The notes below the pieces were generated by a model that worked only from the letters and a program-made list of their open reading frames with translations, did no database searches and was not told the DNA's origin. A program made the position numbers and the translations under genes. A stretch of 64,000 nt of DNA from an uncultured virus (IMG/VR IMGVR_UViG_3300031802_000001) (taxonomy: Duplodnaviria; Heunggongvirae; Uroviricota; Caudoviricetes): IMG/VR virus record IMGVR_UViG_3300031802_000001. The stretch is one strand, 5' to 3'. Positions within the stretch are counted from its first letter, which is position 1. Each line of letters opens with the position of its first letter. Positions 28,760 to 38,593 of the stretch are shown here, one piece after another.

Positions 28760-29851
28760 TTACACTTCTACGCCTTTAACAAAGTTACTTGTTAACTCAC
28801 GTGCCATACTATCACGATACTGCACTGGAGGAGTTTTCATATAGTATGATGAAGCACTATTGATAGGACCTCCTAATCCACGTTCTCTAGCGAGTGCCAC
28901 ACACCTAACAGCGTCAATAACTACACCTGCGCTGTTTGGTGAATCTTGTACCGACAATCTCATTTCAAGTTCTATTGGTGAACCACCAAATCCTTCACCT
29001 TCTATTCGTATAAAGGCAACCTTGTTATCTTTTTGCCAAGGAACATAATCCGATGGACCAATATGTATATTTTTATCATCTAAAGGAACATCCAATTGTG
29101 ATTGTACAGAATTTGTTTTTGAAATCTTTTTAGATTTTAGTCTTGACTTTTCAAGCATATTTAAAAAGTCAGTATTCCCACCAGTGTTTAACTGATAAGT
29201 TCTTAATATCTTACAACCTCTATCGTTAAATAAACGACTTATAACTCTATGAACAATGGTTGCACCAACTTGACTTTTGATATCATCTCCAATTATTGGT
29301 ACTCCTGCTTGCCTAAATTTATTTGCCCATTTTTTATCCGAGGCAATAAAAACTGGCATACAGTTAACCATTGCGACTTTAGCCTTCAAACAAGCTTCAG
29401 CATAAAACTCAACCGCCTTTTGTGAACCTACAGGTAGATAACAAACTAAAGCTTCTGCTTTAGTTCTTTTCAATTCTTCAACAACATCTACTGGTTTTTC
29501 ATCTGAAACTCTAAACGATTGAAAGCTAGGATAGTCTTTCATATGACCAGCTATTCCATCTAATACTGGACCCATTTTTACCCTAACTCCATTAGTTTCA
29601 GCAAATTCTTGAAAAACTTTTGTACAATTAGGTTTTCCAAAAATTGCTTCTTCAATTGGTAACCCTACTTTTCTTCTATCAATATCAAAAGCTGCCACAA
29701 CTTTTATATCTTGTGGTCTCCATCCATTAATTTGCGTCTGCATAATACCATCAACCTCTTCATTATGATGACGTTTATAATATTCAATCCCTTGTACTAG
29801 TGAGCTGGCACAATTACCTACTCCTACAATTGCTAATTTAACTTTCTTCAT
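28760..29851 (-). CDS. ino1: Myo-inositol-1-phosphate synthase
   Basis: AIVGVGNCASSLVQG, GDDIKSQVGAT, NTGGNTDFLNM, GPSDYVPW and DSPNSAG. Confidence 0.93.
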   Translation of the reverse strand: MKKVKLAIVGVGNCASSLVQGIEYYKRHHNEEVDGIMQTQINGWRPQDIKVVAAFDIDRRKVGLPIEEAIFGKPNCTKVFQEFAETNGVRVKMGPVLDGIAGHMKDYPSFQSFRVSDEKPVDVVEELKRTKAEALVCYLPVGSQKAVEFYAEACLKAKVAMVNCMPVFIASDKKWANKFRQAGVPIIGDDIKSQVGATIVHRVISRLFNDRGCKILRTYQLNTGGNTDFLNMLEKSRLKSKKISKTNSVQSQLDVPLDDKNIHIGPSDYVPWQKDNKVAFIRIEGEGFGGSPIELEMRLSVQDSPNSAGVVIDAVRCVALARERGLGGPINSASSYYMKTPPVQYRDSMARELTSNFVKGVEV

Positions 29852-29880
29852 TCTTATTTCCTTTCATATTATTCTTCCTT

Positions 29881-31269
29881 TCACACTTTAAAATCAGAAA
29901 ACTTATCGTAAGCAGTTTTCTCTTCTTTTGTTTCCTTTTGATTAGAGTCAACTATGTTTTGTGCTTGTTGCCCTACATCATACAATCTCATTTTTGACCT
30001 ATCAACACCTATGATAAATGACCGATTGATTGCTAAATCATTATATCTATTCTTTAATTGTTTGATTTTCATTTGACCTAATGCTTCTAAATCATCATTA
30101 GTAATTAAAGCAAACATAAAGTCTGCTGTTGCAGGTAATCCAAAACTTTCTGCTGTATCTTCTAAACCTATATCTGTACTAACAAATCCAGTTCTTGTTG
30201 TTTGTGTAGCAGAAAACAAAGGTACATTAAATTCTACTGCAAGTCCTCTTAACTCTTCAGCAATTGCCTTGATATAAAAATAAGAACCTATATTGCCACC
30301 TTTAAATCTACTTGACGCACATATATTTAAATAATCTATGAATACTACATCTGCTTTAAAACTTTTCTTTAATGCAAGTTCATTAAACAATGCCCTAAAA
30401 TGTCCTGAATGAGCAGAAGCAGTTGGATATTCTTTAATAATTAATGTCCCACCAGTTTTCTTTCGTAATTTTTCCATTTTATTTTCATATAAATCTTTTG
30501 GCATTGTATGTAAATCATCTATAGTTACATCTAAAAGATTTGCGTCTATTCTTTCTGCAATTCTTTCCTCCGCCATTTCTAAAGTTATGTATAAAACATT
30601 TAAACCTTGCGTTAAATATGCACTCGCACAATGACACATAAACAAAGATTTACCAACACCTGTTCCTGCCAATGCAATGTTCAAAGTCTTACTAGGAACA
30701 CCCCCTTTGGTAATTCTATTCATATAATCTAAATCAAATTGATATTTTGTTTCTTTTGTATGATACCATTTAAATCTCTCTTCGTGGTCACCTATATAAT
30801 CGTGCCCTATATGTTGGTCAAATGATACTGCTAATGCGTCTGCTAATATACCAGGAATAGATTCTGGAGTTCTCTTACTATCTTTCTTATCTAAAATTCT
30901 AATACCACTTAATACAGCATTATGTACTGCTCTATCTTTACAAAACTTTTCAGTTGTATCTAACAACCATTGTGGATCAGAATTTAATTTAGATATAGAA
31001 TTAATATTTTCTTTTAATACATTATGTTCATCTTCATTAATATCTTTTCTTTGAGATAATTCAATGATGATTGCTTCTTTTGTTGGAAGATTATTATATT
31101 TTTGAACAAACTTATTTATTTCTGAAAATAAAATCTTTTCAGTTCTTAATGGAAAATAATCTTCTTTTAAAAATGGTATTACTTTTCTAGTATAATCCTC
31201 TTCATAAAAAAGATTACTTAAAATTGTAGTTTCAATTCTTTCAAAATTAGTTAATGATTGCTGTACCAT
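29881..31269 (-). CDS. gp41: T4-like replicative helicase
   Basis: AGTGVGKS, ITLEMAEE, IDYLNIC, ESFGLPATAD and QLKNRY. Confidence 0.96.
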   Translation of the reverse strand: MVQQSLTNFERIETTILSNLFYEEDYTRKVIPFLKEDYFPLRTEKILFSEINKFVQKYNNLPTKEAIIIELSQRKDINEDEHNVLKENINSISKLNSDPQWLLDTTEKFCKDRAVHNAVLSGIRILDKKDSKRTPESIPGILADALAVSFDQHIGHDYIGDHEERFKWYHTKETKYQFDLDYMNRITKGGVPSKTLNIALAGTGVGKSLFMCHCASAYLTQGLNVLYITLEMAEERIAERIDANLLDVTIDDLHTMPKDLYENKMEKLRKKTGGTLIIKEYPTASAHSGHFRALFNELALKKSFKADVVFIDYLNICASSRFKGGNIGSYFYIKAIAEELRGLAVEFNVPLFSATQTTRTGFVSTDIGLEDTAESFGLPATADFMFALITNDDLEALGQMKIKQLKNRYNDLAINRSFIIGVDRSKMRLYDVGQQAQNIVDSNQKETKEEKTAYDKFSDFKV

Positions 31270-31271
31270 CT

Positions 31272-31604
31272 TTATTCTTTACTGTTGATAATTGAGAATT
31301 TTCCATCTTTCAATTGTTCCTCCATAACCTCAACTAATATATCTCCAATTTTATTTCTAAAATTTTCACTTTTTGTATCTACGTTTTTGAGATTTTTCAT
31401 AACTTCATAATTAAAACGCAAAGGCATTTTACCATCTGCTGTTTCTTCACTTGCGAATTGTACTTTTCCATACTTATAAATTACATCTTTAAATTCACCT
31501 TCTGTAATTTTAATACAGGAAAAATCATCACCTTCTCTTTGAGCAAAGGTGTAACTTTTACTCTTCGTCTGATCCGTATGTGAATTTTTTGTTTGCGAAT
31601 TCAT
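31272..31604 (-). CDS. Hypothetical protein between uvsX and gp41
   Basis: ORF in the position of T4 gp40; homology not confirmed. Confidence 0.55.
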   Translation of the reverse strand: MNSQTKNSHTDQTKSKSYTFAQREGDDFSCIKITEGEFKDVIYKYGKVQFASEETADGKMPLRFNYEVMKNLKNVDTKSENFRNKIGDILVEVMEEQLKDGKFSIINSKE

Positions 31605-32589
31605 CTATTTTTTTTAATACTTCCTTTGTAAAATACTTATCTGGATTATCATTAATTTGTTTACCAAATACTTTAGAACCATCTGGCATTTCAAATCTAG
31701 TTGATACTTTCTTAAAGATACCTGCCTCTTCTCCTAGTTCTAATAGTCCATAATGCTTATCCAAACCGTGTTTATAAGTTAACTTAACATCCACTTTAGC
31801 ATTTTCTTTAGTAATTCTTGATTTATATATTTTACAATGAATAATATTTCCAATAATCTCGGTACCCAATTTCTCTTTTCGTTTACCAAGATAGATGATT
31901 GTTGAAGCAGCGTATTTCAATCCTGAACCGCCACCCATTTCTTTTTGTGGGAACATAGAACCAATCACATCATAAGTATGGTTGGTCATTAACAAAGGAA
32001 CATTTGCTTGTCCTAGTTTAAGTGTTAAAACTCTAAATGTAGATTTGACAATTTGTGCCCTTGTCATATCTCTTGTTTCTTTACCTTCTGCTGTGTCTTC
32101 CATTTCTTTTGTAGTAGATAACATTCCTAAACTATCTAACACAAACATTAAAGGTTGTCTGTCTTTTTCTTCTTGTTCTAAATATTTGTCAAGTATTTTT
32201 ATTGATTGACTTCTAAATTCTTGTACAGTTGATACTGGTGCTACTACTACTCTTGTACTATCAACACCTCTATTTTCAATCATTTCCTTTGATACAGCAT
32301 TTTCTGATTCAAAGAATATAACTCCTGAATTTTTATCTTTATCTAAAAAGTGTTTGATTATTCCTAATGCGAAAAATGTTTTACCTGTAGCAGCTTCTCC
32401 TGCTATTGCAGTAATACGATTGCCTGGTAACCCACCGTGAATTGAACCTGAAAGAAGAGCATTAAAAGAATAGGAACCTGTATCTATATATGAAACAACA
32501 TCACCTGCTGTGATACCTTCACTCGCTAAAGCAGCATATTCATTTCCAGTTTCTTTAATAATTTCTTTTAAAAAGTCTTTCATACTCAC
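31558..32589 (-). CDS. uvsX: RecA-like recombinase
   Basis: [21 protein letters not shown] and [12 protein letters not shown]. Confidence 0.95.
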   Translation of the reverse strand: MSMKDFLKEIIKETGNEYAALASEGITAGDVVSYIDTGSYSFNALLSGSIHGGLPGNRITAIAGEAATGKTFFALGIIKHFLDKDKNSGVIFFESENAVSKEMIENRGVDSTRVVVAPVSTVQEFRSQSIKILDKYLEQEEKDRQPLMFVLDSLGMLSTTKEMEDTAEGKETRDMTRAQIVKSTFRVLTLKLGQANVPLLMTNHTYDVIGSMFPQKEMGGGSGLKYAASTIIYLGKRKEKLGTEIIGNIIHCKIYKSRITKENAKVDVKLTYKHGLDKHYGLLELGEEAGIFKKVSTRFEMPDGSKVFGKQINDNPDKYFTKEVLKKIDEFANKKFTYGSDEE

Positions 32590-32728
32590 TCATTTCCTGT
32601 TCTGTATATGATAATACATAAAATTTTATACCATTAATATAACATAATTCCTTTACCAAGTCAAGTCCCTTTGGCAAAAAATTATGACTAATATACTCAT
32701 CTGATTGTCTATATATCGTTATTCTCAC
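32555..32728 (-). CDS. Small hypothetical protein (57 aa), not in the ORF track
   Basis: GTG start; [41 protein letters not shown]... Confidence 0.4.
   Translation of the reverse strand: MRITIYRQSDEYISHNFLPKGLDLVKELCYINGIKFYVLSYTEQEMSEYERLFKRNY
32636..32664 (-). promoter_or_regulatory. Sigma70-like promoter for uvsX
   Basis: TTGACT-N17-TATATT. Confidence 0.65.
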
Positions 32729-32905
32729 AATTCTCTATCATTAATACCCAAGCCATACTATAATTAACATTATAATTAAAACAACTACTAGACCCATAAA
32801 AAAATTAAATAACATACTCTAACATCCAAGTAATAAAAAAGAATATTGCTAGTATAGTTAAGCTGCTTATTATTATTTTAATTATATAATCTCCCATCCA
32901 TATAT

Positions 32906-34144
32906 TTATCCTATAAAGTCTTCTAACGTTCCTAATCTACTAGTCTTAAATAAATCAATTTTCTCTCCAAAGCACCAAATATTTTCAATAAAAGTCATTG
33001 CCATAAAAATATTTAACTCTTCTTTAGTTTTAAATTTTTTAGTACCTTGAGGACGTTGCATAATTCTCATACCAACTTGACCTAAAAACTTATCTTTAAA
33101 TCTATCAACTAGTTCATCACTTGACTTGTATCTTACTGTCTTAATTTTTGGATCCATAATATTAACAAACATATATTTTGATTTACTTAAAGTCTTTTCT
33201 GCAACTGGAAGATAAAAACTATCTCTCCATTTTTCATACTCATTAAATTTACTCCACGATTGGTCTTCTTCATACTCTCCACCTTTATTATATTGTTCAG
33301 TAGAAAAATATGGTGGACTTGTAAATGCACAATCTATATCTGGTAATTCATTATAAGGTAAATCTTCTGCACCACATCTCCATATCTTAACAGTTTTATT
33401 TGGAAAGAATTTACTATACTCTTCTATCTGTTTCTGATATATCTTATATGTATTTGGATTAGGATCACAACCATAATAATGTGTTGCCTTACTAGCAAAA
33501 AACCCAGCAAGTCTATCTCCCCAACCACAACTCGTATCTAATACTGTTTCTGCATTGGTCATATCATATATTGCTTTTGCAACAACTGGTTTAAATTGTG
33601 TTGCAATATATGTACCTAATCTTGTTACTTCTCTATAACTATTTGGTGATAAATCTTTGGAGCTATTTACACCTCTCCATAATGCACCTAAACACTTCCA
33701 TATATCTCTTGCATTACCATTTTTCCAAACTTCTATCGGTGCTCTAAACCCATAACTTGAACAGTTTAATCTTAACTCTTGATGAAAATAATTACTGCAT
33801 TTATTATATATTGCAGGAGCGTCAATTAATCCTAAACCATATTTTGAATATGGATACTTATAGTCATCATATTTTTCAAATATATCTTTATCACTTTGTT
33901 CTTTAGGTGTACAAATTCTTCTAGTATCAAATTTACTTAATTTTATTATATTGTCTTTCATATCTTCGTATGAAATATGATTTAAAGGAAACTTTGGTCT
34001 AAACGTAGCAATATATTCTGCTAGTACTTCTCTAAATCTTTCCTTACCTAATTTTTCAGTCCATCTTTCAAACTGAATTGTATCCATAATAGGTAGACCA
34101 TCTTCATTAGCAAACTTTTTTAAATCTATTGTATATAAATCCAT
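32906..34144 (-). CDS. Amino-type DNA methyltransferase-like protein
   Basis: Motif I LDTSCGWGDRL precedes motif IV FTSPPYF. Confidence 0.8.
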   Translation of the reverse strand: MDLYTIDLKKFANEDGLPIMDTIQFERWTEKLGKERFREVLAEYIATFRPKFPLNHISYEDMKDNIIKLSKFDTRRICTPKEQSDKDIFEKYDDYKYPYSKYGLGLIDAPAIYNKCSNYFHQELRLNCSSYGFRAPIEVWKNGNARDIWKCLGALWRGVNSSKDLSPNSYREVTRLGTYIATQFKPVVAKAIYDMTNAETVLDTSCGWGDRLAGFFASKATHYYGCDPNPNTYKIYQKQIEEYSKFFPNKTVKIWRCGAEDLPYNELPDIDCAFTSPPYFSTEQYNKGGEYEEDQSWSKFNEYEKWRDSFYLPVAEKTLSKSKYMFVNIMDPKIKTVRYKSSDELVDRFKDKFLGQVGMRIMQRPQGTKKFKTKEELNIFMAMTFIENIWCFGEKIDLFKTSRLGTLEDFIG

Positions 34145-34683
34145 TATATTTCATTTCCCCAAGCATCCCAACCATCAATTTTATGTCTGGCAAATAATTC
34201 TATTCTAGGTAAATCACCACATAGATTAACTATATCATTTCTAATTCTATCTGGTTTTCTACTATGCTCTCTACGTTCACTCACTACTAATCTATCTATA
34301 TTACCACTTATTCTTTTTGGGTGTCCTCTAGTTGCTAAAATACATATCTCTGGATTTGCTCTAGTCCATAACCCAGGTCCTTTAAAAAAATAATTTTTAA
34401 TTCTCTTCTTGTTCATCTTCACCCAATAAAAAGCAACCGTCTTGTACGTAAATCCCCACTTCTCTACTATAGGAATCTGTTTATGTAATAATGGATCTGT
34501 ACACCACATAAACAATGCACAATCTTTTTTTGCAATATCTCCAATTGGTAAATCTTCAATCTCTTTCATTGTCATTGTTTTATAATGATGAATAGGATTT
34601 GTTTGTGCCTTAGCATTATTCCAGTTCTGGAAATGCCAAGGTGGATCTGCATAAATTATATTATATGTCTTATCAATATCCAT
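34144..34683 (-). CDS. MT-A70 family adenine methyltransferase
   Basis: IYADPPW, REHSRKP and RIELFAR...GWDAWGNE. Confidence 0.9.
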   Translation of the reverse strand: MDIDKTYNIIYADPPWHFQNWNNAKAQTNPIHHYKTMTMKEIEDLPIGDIAKKDCALFMWCTDPLLHKQIPIVEKWGFTYKTVAFYWVKMNKKRIKNYFFKGPGLWTRANPEICILATRGHPKRISGNIDRLVVSERREHSRKPDRIRNDIVNLCGDLPRIELFARHKIDGWDAWGNEI

Positions 34684-34800
34684 ATGCCTTACCTAAAAAT
34701 CTAATTAGTAATAAGAATAAAATAAACTTCCAAACAGGTATGTTAGTATTCTGCCCCAAGAAACCTCCAAACAACACGGAGAAAAACATTATAAAATTCA

Positions 34801-37287
34801 TCATCCGAAAAATGCCTCCAGATTTGCTCTCTTTTCGTGTTCCCAACCTATTGAGTTTAATATAAATCTCATAGGGTCTAGGAAAGTTTTCTCAAATTGT
34901 ATTTCATAATCAATATATTTCTGTAGATTAAACTCTTTTGGTAATTGTGTTACATAACTAATCACATCAAACTTAAATGGATTTGCCTCTAACAATTTAA
35001 TAAATTTAATCTTATCTCCTTCTTGTATATAAGGATACTTATTTTGTAATTGAAATTCTTTTATTTGGTGATTATAAATCAACGCACCTTTAACGTGTAT
35101 TGGTGTACCTTTAATAAACACATCTTTACTACTGCCATATTTTCTCATATTATTACAAGACCTTGGAAATGATATCTGCTCAGCAGACATATTCATAAAT
35201 TCTTTTTTAAAATCTGCAATGAAAATATGTAAATCTGATTCTTGTTTTGACATTATAATTTTAATTGCCTCTTTAATTTTACCACGGCACACTTGTGGTG
35301 TTGAAGATTTAATTGCTTCTATACCCATAATCTTTAATTTAGGAATAGAAAGTCTAACACCTTCCTCATCTAAAACATTTAACATATATCTTTTCTTAGC
35401 AACCCATATACCTTTATTCGCAATCACTTCACGTGCCATAACCATTGCGTTCTTAAATGCGTTAGTATAATCTGATAACTCTTTAAATTGTTTTGCAATA
35501 AAAGGTTCTAATTTGTTATCACATACCTTAGCAAGAAAATCACATACTTCATCATCTGACTTGCCATTACAAACTTGTTTTACTAATGGTTCTAAACATA
35601 CGTAAATAGAATCTGTATCAGACGCTATAACATAATCTATATTTTCAGTTTTTAATATCTTATTTAAATAATCATTTACTTTATTTTCAATAAATCTAAT
35701 AATAAATTGTCCTGCTGTTGTGATACCACTCGCCTGTCTTACATCATAATATCTAAAATACTGATTACCAATTGCACCATAACAACTATTCAATGCAATC
35801 TTTCTTGCCCATTGTATGTTATGACACCTTGCAATTTCTTTTGATAATTCTTTCGTTGGTTCTTTTTGATATAGTTTTTTCGCTTTCAACTCACGATTTT
35901 TATAAACAATACGGTCTTTATATATCTTCTCTACCATTTCAGGTAAGAATCCTTGACTATCTCTTTTAAACATTGCACCATTTGGTACAATACAAGCGTC
36001 TTTATCTTTTAAAAACTCTAGGGGTGTCTTCTTACTCAACATTTTATTCACAGAAACACCAGATGAATTAACACCTAATATTTTTTCGGGAGAAATATTA
36101 TATTGTACAATAATATGTGGATAAAGAGAGTTGATATCAAAAGACACCACCCATTTTTGCATACCAAGTTTAGGCTCTTTTACATAAGCTCCTTCATACT
36201 TTGTATCCTTGGAATGTTCTTCCCTAGGAGGTACACAAATATTTTTTTTCATCAAGTGGTTTGCGATTAAGGTATCCCAAACTCTAACCTGTGAGAAAAT
36301 ATCGTTATAATTTACTTTAGTTTCATATGCAAACGTTAAAGATAAATCAATTAAACCTAATTTATCTTCTAATGCGTCAACAATTTCTACGTCTTGGATA
36401 TTATATTCTACGAATTTTTGAAAATCTTTTGTATAAAAATCTTTAAAAATACCATATGGATTTTCACGTTTAGTTTCTCCTAATTCAACTTCACCTATAA
36501 AACCTAATCTATAACTTTCTTGTCTTGCTGGTATAAACCATTTATACAAATCAAGATAATCTAACATAGCAATACCATACAAAGTATAATATGTATTAGT
36601 TCTACCACGTATAATAATTTGTTCACTAGTTATTAAATTCCAAGGTGACATACGATTTGCAACTTTAGGACCTACAAGTAATTTTATTCTATTCATTAAA
36701 TAAGGTAAGTCAAAAAATTTAGTATTCCAACCTGTAATAACATCTGGATAATTCTTTAACCAAAATTTCATAAACTCCATTATTAAATGTTTTTCATCTT
36801 TACATTCAATGTAAGTTACATCTGTACGGTCTGTTGTGAATTTACCAACACCCCAAGTTATAATCTGTTTATTAGATTGATTCTTAACACTAATACAAAG
36901 TAATTCTTCTATAGGATTATCTACTTCTGGAAAACCATTTTCACAACCACACTCTATATCTAATGTAAATATTTTAATTAAATCTTTTGACCATTTAACT
37001 TGTTTTGGAAATTCTTTATTGATATATTGATAATGATATCTTTCAAGTCCATAAGTAGGTGAGTTTTGAGTTGCAATATCTTTTCTAAATCTACGAGCAG
37101 CGTCAATAGATGTAAAGATAATTGGTTTTAAATTTTGACCTTGTAAAGTTTTAAAATCTGTTTGTTGTCTTGTTAATGAATATAATGTTGGAGAAAAATT
37201 AATCTTCTCTTTATACTCTTTGTTATCTCTTACTCCTCTAACAAGTAGTTTGCCTTTATATTCTATTACATTTTTATAAAAGTTCAT
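34801..37287 (-). CDS. gp43: Family B DNA polymerase
   Basis: Exonuclease LDIE; FDINSLYPH, KIALNSCYG and ASDTDS. Confidence 0.97.
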   Translation of the reverse strand: MNFYKNVIEYKGKLLVRGVRDNKEYKEKINFSPTLYSLTRQQTDFKTLQGQNLKPIIFTSIDAARRFRKDIATQNSPTYGLERYHYQYINKEFPKQVKWSKDLIKIFTLDIECGCENGFPEVDNPIEELLCISVKNQSNKQIITWGVGKFTTDRTDVTYIECKDEKHLIMEFMKFWLKNYPDVITGWNTKFFDLPYLMNRIKLLVGPKVANRMSPWNLITSEQIIIRGRTNTYYTLYGIAMLDYLDLYKWFIPARQESYRLGFIGEVELGETKRENPYGIFKDFYTKDFQKFVEYNIQDVEIVDALEDKLGLIDLSLTFAYETKVNYNDIFSQVRVWDTLIANHLMKKNICVPPREEHSKDTKYEGAYVKEPKLGMQKWVVSFDINSLYPHIIVQYNISPEKILGVNSSGVSVNKMLSKKTPLEFLKDKDACIVPNGAMFKRDSQGFLPEMVEKIYKDRIVYKNRELKAKKLYQKEPTKELSKEIARCHNIQWARKIALNSCYGAIGNQYFRYYDVRQASGITTAGQFIIRFIENKVNDYLNKILKTENIDYVIASDTDSIYVCLEPLVKQVCNGKSDDEVCDFLAKVCDNKLEPFIAKQFKELSDYTNAFKNAMVMAREVIANKGIWVAKKRYMLNVLDEEGVRLSIPKLKIMGIEAIKSSTPQVCRGKIKEAIKIIMSKQESDLHIFIADFKKEFMNMSAEQISFPRSCNNMRKYGSSKDVFIKGTPIHVKGALIYNHQIKEFQLQNKYPYIQEGDKIKFIKLLEANPFKFDVISYVTQLPKEFNLQKYIDYEIQFEKTFLDPMRFILNSIGWEHEKRANLEAFFG

Positions 37288-37612
37288 CTGGTCTCAAATG
37301 TAGGATTAAACCATCAAGTTCTGGTGTAAGAGATATCTGACAAGATAATCTACTAACACCTGGTTTATATCCTTTTTCATATTCTAATTGTTCTTCTTCA
37401 ATGGAATTAGCATCCATCCTTGGTACTTTATCTACCCATTTTTCATCTACATATACGTGACAAGTACAACACATACAATTGCCACCACAATCTGCAGGTA
37501 TTTCAGGAATATCTACTGGTGATTCAAATTTGGCTGCCTCCATTGCGCTCAACCCTTCTTTGACTTGAACACGAATTTTGGATCCGTTTCTTACAAAATA
37601 TACGTCTATCAC
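37274..37612 (-). CDS. fdx: 2Fe-2S ferredoxin (adrenodoxin/ISC type)
   Basis: DCGGNCMCCTCHVYV and SRLSCQ. Confidence 0.9.
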   Translation of the reverse strand: MIDVYFVRNGSKIRVQVKEGLSAMEAAKFESPVDIPEIPADCGGNCMCCTCHVYVDEKWVDKVPRMDANSIEEEQLEYEKGYKPGVSRLSCQISLTPELDGLILHLRPDELL

Positions 37613-37938
37613 TTATCTAATGATGGCAAACCTGTTTCAGTTATTAACTGTTTTTTAGGTGCTAGAATAGATGACGTATTTGTAATATAATTCTGTTTGA
37701 TTTTTTCTTTTGGTTTTGATATTGACATAACCTTATCTGCTCTAATTTCAATTGAGTCTCCATCTGAATATGGAGCATAAGGGGTCATCATTAATTGGAC
37801 TGGTTTACCTGGTGCTTGTTGCGTAGGTATGATAACAAATCCTTTTATGATTGTAACTGTCTTTGATCCTTCTGTAATTTTTCCAATAACATCTTCTCCT
37901 GTTACCAATCTACAGACTAATATTTCATCACTTGCCAT
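37609..37938 (-). CDS. Conserved T4-like small protein upstream of the polymerase
   Basis: RLVTGEDVIG beta-rich fold. Confidence 0.65.
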   Translation of the reverse strand: MASDEILVCRLVTGEDVIGKITEGSKTVTIIKGFVIIPTQQAPGKPVQLMMTPYAPYSDGDSIEIRADKVMSISKPKEKIKQNYITNTSSILAPKKQLITETGLPSLDK

Positions 37939-37957
37939 TATATTTCTCCTTAATTAT

Positions 37958-37986
37958 AATATACACCATTTCTCATCAATTGTCAA
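37958..37986 (-). promoter_or_regulatory. Sigma70-like promoter
   Basis: TTGACA-N17-TATATT. Confidence 0.7.
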
Positions 37987-38363
37987 TGCTTATATTCCTC
38001 ATCAATAAGTCCTTTTAATCTTTTTTCTTCTTCACTATCAAAGTCAGGAAATTCATTCTTTGGAATAAAAGGCTTATAACCCTTTTCTTCAGCTTTAACA
38101 TCATCTTCCCCTACAATTGCTTTGACTTCTGGAACATAATGTTTTAACATATCTTCTACACTTTGATGTAGTGTTTGTTTAGACATTGCACAACCTGAAC
38201 AAGCACCTGCCAGTTCTAATTTTGCCACACCTAAATCCATATCAAAATCTAAATAATTTATAAATCCACCGTGTTGAGCTACAGCAGGGGCTATTTTATC
38301 TTCCAAGATAAATTTAATATCCTTTGCTATATCTTCTTTACTTCTTGTTTCTTCATTTACCAC
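37983..38363 (-). CDS. NifU-C/NfuA-like Fe-S carrier
   Basis: IAPAVAQHGG, LAGACSGC and LKHYVPEV. Confidence 0.88.
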   Translation of the reverse strand: MVNEETRSKEDIAKDIKFILEDKIAPAVAQHGGFINYLDFDMDLGVAKLELAGACSGCAMSKQTLHQSVEDMLKHYVPEVKAIVGEDDVKAEEKGYKPFIPKNEFPDFDSEEEKRLKGLIDEEYKH

Positions 38364-38384
38364 TTGAAGTAGCTCCTTTCTGTT

Positions 38385-38588
38385 TTAGTTTTTTTGTAAA
38401 TTTACTGCTGAATTACCTTTTTCGCCTTCAGTAATTTCAAACGTTAATTCATCGCCTTCGTTTAACTCTAAACTTGCTGCTTGAGCAGCTGAAGAGTGTA
38501 CAAAAACATCTTTTTCATTGTCTTCTCTTGCTATGAAACCGTAACCTTTTGTTGGGTTAAACCATTTCACTTTTCCTTTTATACTCAT
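38385..38588 (-). CDS. csp: Cold-shock protein
   Basis: GKVKWFN, KGYGFI (RNP1) and DVFVH (RNP2). Confidence 0.93.
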   Translation of the reverse strand: MSIKGKVKWFNPTKGYGFIAREDNEKDVFVHSSAAQAASLELNEGDELTFEITEGEKGNSAVNLQKN

Positions 38589-38593
38589 CTTAT

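Noticed and set aside
22917..29851. MIPS plus cytidylyltransferase as a CDP-inositol pathway
   Set aside because: The transferase domain is HIGH-type, not the IPCT fold, and the genes lie in different promoter units
307..37287. Introns or inteins in nrdA, nrdB, gp41, uvsX or gp43
   Set aside because: All are continuous ORFs of normal length
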